Below are positions 60,363-64,000 of a DNA stretch of 64,000 nt, in pieces. Source of the stretch: Candidatus Methanoperedenaceae archaeon (GTDB taxonomy: Archaea > Halobacteriota > Methanosarcinia > Methanosarcinales > Methanoperedenaceae); the NCBI GenBank assembly GCA_963753595.1, contig CAVWCX010000034.1, positions 1 to 64,000 on the forward strand, given 5' to 3'. Below the pieces are notes generated by a model. That model ran no database searches and was not told where the DNA came from. It saw nothing but the letters and a program-made list of their open reading frames with translations. Position 1 is the first letter of the stretch; every line of letters begins with the position of its first letter. The position numbers and the translations under genes were made by a program.

Positions 60363-60722
60363 TTACATCAAGTTTTTCATGCCCGGACCTTTCGAACCCA
60401 TCATCGAACCCATGTTATTACCCATATCCTCACAATGATTCTCGCCTGATGTGACAGTATTTTCCACATCAGGATTTTTGTTGCCCATCATTCCACTTTG
60501 GCCTTTTTCACCATCCATCATATTTTTACCATCACCAGATTTCATCATCTGCTCAGGGCAATTTTTTGCCATATCCTCCATCATTTCAGGAGTACATTCA
60601 TGATTTTCCGTTTCCTTTTTTTTCTCACTTGTATTCTGGGCAAACCCGACAACGGCGCCGAATATAACAATCGTTGCCAGGATTCCGATAATTAAGACTG
60701 TCTTTCGGTTCATATTTCTCAC
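60363..60722 (-). CDS. Secreted Met/Cys/His-rich protein
   Basis: Signal peptide; HECTPEMMEDM, repeated MM pairs, HCEDM. Confidence 0.78.
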   Translation of the reverse strand: MRNMNRKTVLIIGILATIVIFGAVVGFAQNTSEKKKETENHECTPEMMEDMAKNCPEQMMKSGDGKNMMDGEKGQSGMMGNKNPDVENTVTSGENHCEDMGNNMGSMMGSKGPGMKNLM

Positions 60723-60922
60723 GACCTGGTAAAATATGATATTGCTAAAAATACTATGACCATCAGCGCAATGTGCACTAACATATCTCTGGTTCCGCCG
60801 CCCCCACAGCAGCCACCGCCATGTTTCTGCTCCTTTTCGACAGGATTTTGTTCAGTGCCTGTTTGTTCTTTTTTTATTTCTTTATCTGTTTCTTTTGGTT
60901 TACTTGATCCACAGCAGTCCAT
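60719..60922 (-). CDS. Small Cys-rich membrane protein
   Basis: MDCCG...HGGGCCGGGG then TM; GGAG RBS. Confidence 0.78.
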   Translation of the reverse strand: MDCCGSSKPKETDKEIKKEQTGTEQNPVEKEQKHGGGCCGGGGTRDMLVHIALMVIVFLAISYFTRS

Positions 60923-61015
60923 TTTTTAATTCTCCATATTAATTATTATCTTGTGTTATGTATTGTCTGTATTAATGGTCATTTTGGTTTAAATTTTGAA
61001 GATTTTTTGCCAAAT

Positions 61016-61249
61016 TTATTCAATTTTCCTAAGCTTTCCACCTGTGAACTGCCCGGCGGCAAAGGATAAAATAAGCACCGGTATTACATTCCACCCGAAA
61101 CCTGAAGATATTCTCAATAAGAACACAAATGGTACAGGTATGTGCACAGCCATCATCCATTTTCTTGAGAATCTGGGGGTATTGTATCTCCAGTAGCCAA
61201 AGGGCAGGTTGATCAAAAACACAAGGAGCATTAATTCTATTATGGACAT
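61016..61249 (-). CDS. Small conserved membrane protein
   Basis: NLPFGYWR...FSRKWMMAVHIPVP...GQFTG. Confidence 0.8.
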   Translation of the reverse strand: MSIIELMLLVFLINLPFGYWRYNTPRFSRKWMMAVHIPVPFVFLLRISSGFGWNVIPVLILSFAAGQFTGGKLRKIE

Positions 61250-61370
61250 AACTTAGCACCATTTGTTTCCATGAGATTAAATCTGCTTTCTCCATTAATC
61301 TCATTTGTGCTTCAAAAATCTAATTAAATAGATAAATAAACTTTAATTTTTTAAAGCGCAAACTATATAA

Positions 61371-61412
61371 TTTACACTGCTCGTAAAGTATTTAGTTTAC
61401 ATCGTGTGTAAA
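61371..61412. promoter_or_regulatory. Tandem TTTAC-N7-GTAAA operators
   Basis: TTTACACTGCTCGTAAA (61371-61387) and TTTACATCGTGTGTAAA (61396-61412) next to a TATATAA box. Confidence 0.72.
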
Positions 61413-61450
61413 GCACGCGCAGGCTGACAATACTATATCAGGAGGAATCT

Positions 61451-62119
61451 TTGAACATTATTGAACTTGAAGACGTATGGAAGGTTTATAAGATGGGAGA
61501 AGTAGAAGTCCCGGCTCTTAAAGGCCTGAGCTTAAAGGTAGCGCCTGGCGAATTTATAGCGCTCATGGGGCCAAGCGGAAGTGGTAAATCAACAGCTATG
61601 AACATGATCGGCTGTCTTGATATCCCCACAAAAGGCAGTGTGCGGCTTGAAGGACAGGATATTGCTGCCCTCACCGAATTGGAACTTTCCCGGATAAGAG
61701 GCAGGAAAATAGGTTTTGTATTCCAGTCCCATAATCTTTATCCAACATTAACGGCTCTTGAAAATGTCCAGCTGCCCATGAGGGTGCATGAGTTCAGCGA
61801 AGCAGATATATGGGATAGATCAGAGGAACTTCTGCAACTTGTGGGTCTTTCCGGGCGCGCCAACCATTACCCTTCCCAGCTATCGGGAGGCCAGAGCCAG
61901 AGAGTAGCGATCGCAAGAGCGCTTTCCACAAATCCCTTATTGCTCCTGGCTGATGAGCCAACCGGAAATCTCGATACAGAAGCCGGAAAAGAGGTACTGG
62001 ATATTTTCGGCCAGCTAAATGTGCAGGGGGTCACTGTAGTAATGATAACCCACGATGAGAAAATTGCCGGAATGGCGAACAAAATAGTGAGAATGAGGGA
62101 TGGAACACTCGCATCATAA
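61451..62119 (+). CDS. ABC ATP-binding protein (LolD/MacB type)
   Basis: GPSGSGKS, LSGGQSQR, ADEPTGNLD. Confidence 0.95.
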   Translation: MNIIELEDVWKVYKMGEVEVPALKGLSLKVAPGEFIALMGPSGSGKSTAMNMIGCLDIPTKGSVRLEGQDIAALTELELSRIRGRKIGFVFQSHNLYPTLTALENVQLPMRVHEFSEADIWDRSEELLQLVGLSGRANHYPSQLSGGQSQRVAIARALSTNPLLLLADEPTGNLDTEAGKEVLDIFGQLNVQGVTVVMITHDEKIAGMANKIVRMRDGTLAS

Positions 62120-62133
62120 GGAGTGAATAAAAC

Positions 62134-63387
62134 ATGAATCCTGTAAGAAAAAGTATTATGGTTTTACTTATATCGCTACTGTTTTTACAGAGCGCATCAG
62201 CAGCGACGAATGAATATCTTCTAACTGAACATGAACCAGTATCTCCAGGGGATACGGTTTTTATATGGGTTCCGATAAAAAACATTGGTTATGGGAACTT
62301 GATGACAGATACAGTAGTGAAGCTGGTCCCTGCAAATAATGCTACTGAAAAAGCAATACATGTCCTTGGTAATGAAGTGATACTCGGCAATATGGAAGAA
62401 TGGAATGACATGCGCACAGCCAAGTTTAAAGTCCATATAGATCAGAGTGCAGTCGAAGGGGAATACGAGTTTAACGTCTATGTAACTGCAAAAGGAAAAG
62501 ACAGCGGGATCAGTTCAACGGAAATGCAAAAGGACAGGATCCTTGTAGTTTCCGGCATGCCTGTGATAACACTTTCAAACGTTTCTATCGGAAGTGTCGC
62601 GCCAGGCTCAACAAATGAAGTTATTATTAAATTCAAGAACGAAGGGACAGGTACAGCAAGGAACCTGTATGCTGATATAAACACTGCAAGCGAGCATCTG
62701 GCATCCGTATTCTCAATACTTGGTTCAGGTACGCGATTTTCACTTGGAAGCCTGAGCCCGGGTGAAGAGACCCGGATAAGATTCAATATACTGGTTGATT
62801 CGCAGGCACAGACTGGTGTTTATAATATACCGTTACGGATTTCAGGATTTAACTATTCTGCCAGCGATTCCATTGGAATAGGCGTAGCAGGGATAACAGA
62901 ATTTGAGTTAAGTTACCAGGAATCAGGAACAAGTTTCCTCCTCAGTGTATCTAATATAGGGGTCAATCCGGCCAAAGCGGTAAGCGTGGAAATACCAAAT
63001 CAAAACAGTTTCAGCGTAACCGGGAGTAATACACAGGTGATCGGAAATCTCAACTCCGGGGACTACACCTCTGCAAATTTCCAGGTAAACCAGAAAGGCA
63101 GTGGCTCTCAAATGAATATCAAGTTACAGTACACTGACGCTGCTGGTATGCGGCGATCAATAGAAAAGAAGCTGACTGTGAAACTTTCAAACGGGATGGC
63201 TGGTGCAACATCTAAGGAAGCCAATGACCAGCATGCAGCGATGCATGGAACAAACTATTCGCAACAACTACTAAACTTTGCCCCTTACCTCGGGATAGTT
63301 CTTCTTGGCATCGTTGGCTTCTGGCGGCGAAAGAGCATCACTGAAATGTATCAGAGACTGAAATTCCAGAGGCCGAGAAAAAAATGA
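62134..63387 (+). CDS. COG1361-type S-layer/Ig-domain protein
   Basis: Signal peptide, repeated N.G...A, LGSLSPGE, GVYNIP; C-terminal TM. Confidence 0.82.
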   Translation: MNPVRKSIMVLLISLLFLQSASAATNEYLLTEHEPVSPGDTVFIWVPIKNIGYGNLMTDTVVKLVPANNATEKAIHVLGNEVILGNMEEWNDMRTAKFKVHIDQSAVEGEYEFNVYVTAKGKDSGISSTEMQKDRILVVSGMPVITLSNVSIGSVAPGSTNEVIIKFKNEGTGTARNLYADINTASEHLASVFSILGSGTRFSLGSLSPGEETRIRFNILVDSQAQTGVYNIPLRISGFNYSASDSIGIGVAGITEFELSYQESGTSFLLSVSNIGVNPAKAVSVEIPNQNSFSVTGSNTQVIGNLNSGDYTSANFQVNQKGSGSQMNIKLQYTDAAGMRRSIEKKLTVKLSNGMAGATSKEANDQHAAMHGTNYSQQLLNFAPYLGIVLLGIVGFWRRKSITEMYQRLKFQRPRKK

Positions 63388-64000
63388 GGCTTCTGGATAT
63401 CATCCTGCTATCTCTTTCCCATGTAAAGAAAAGCAGGATGAGAAGCTGGCTTACCATTGTAGGTGTGATCATAGGTGTCGCTTCAGTTGTAGCCATTATA
63501 TCCATAGGCCAGGGAATGCAGGAAAATGTGCAGCAGAGGCTGGGAAGCTTCGGCGCGGATATAATAACCGTTATCCCTGGATATTTCAGGGCGACCGGCG
63601 TTCACAGCGAAATGCATACAGACAGGTCTGTGAGTACGAGTTCTTCGATCAACCTCACAGATAAAGACATTAAGGTGATCAAGCAGGTGCCAGGTGTCAT
63701 GTATGCAAACGGGCTCGTTTCGGGCAAAGCCGACCTCAAATACGATAATGAGAAAACAGTGGTTTCTGTAACCGGGGTAGATACTTCAATCTGGAGACTG
63801 ATGGATACTACAGGAATAGATGATGGAAGATATCTTCAGGCAGGGGATTCTAATTCAATTGTAGTTGGGTACAATCTTGCTTATGGGACTTTCCTTGTTC
63901 CCATAACTCTTAACCGTCCGATTACGATCGGAGGCAAGAGCTTCAGGGTTGTGGGTATTCTCAAGCAATCCGGTGGATTAGGGGGCAGCAGTGACACAGG
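63384..64000 (+). CDS. MacB/FtsX-type ABC permease (partial, runs off window)
   Basis: ATGA overlap; MRLLDIILLSLSH...RSWLTIVGVIIGVASVVAIISIGQG. Confidence 0.9.
   Translation, partial: MRLLDIILLSLSHVKKSRMRSWLTIVGVIIGVASVVAIISIGQGMQENVQQRLGSFGADIITVIPGYFRATGVHSEMHTDRSVSTSSSINLTDKDIKVIKQVPGVMYANGLVSGKADLKYDNEKTVVSVTGVDTSIWRLMDTTGIDDGRYLQAGDSNSIVVGYNLAYGTFLVPITLNRPITIGGKSFRVVGILKQSGGLGGSSDT

Noticed and set aside
1-64000. tRNA, rRNA, integrase or multiheme cytochrome genes
   Set aside because: None recognised by eye; a covariance or HMM search would be needed to exclude them fully

Overview
Chromosomal segment of a Methanosarcinales archaeon, most likely an anaerobic methanotroph of the ANME-2d / Ca. 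Methanoperedens type (inferred from the McrA sequence and gene context). 0-8 kb: core methane metabolism with mcrBDGA (no mcrC), divergent mmp10/mamA, DUF2098, a small CxxCxGxG zinc-finger gene and a partial B12-binding radical-SAM-type gene missed by the ORF track. 8-16 kb: AT-rich variable region with a decayed toxin-antitoxin pair, 9-bp-periodic palindromes, an IS1182 inserted in a hairpin, and an AIPR gene split by an IS4/ISH8-type element. 16.5-20.6 kb: fwdDBAC. 21-64 kb: a large metal-homeostasis region with CopA, CadA/ZntA, FTR1-type iron uptake with DtxR boxes, CbtBA, several metal regulators, an atypical extended AtwA (MCR component A2) paralogue, and a long ccmE-ccmF-(ccmH-like + MECCL protein)x2-cupredoxin-ccdA-PCYCGC-YHS cluster. 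Most notable: a TTTAC-N7-GTAAA motif links this Ccm-like/copper cluster to an Lrp-TRASH regulator; an ArsR operon with an extended AtwA and an unannotated SEC-C mini-peptide; a probable cobalamin-sensing ArsR opposite cbtBA; and a duplicated structured non-coding element. All calls come from reading motifs by eye; no database searches were run.
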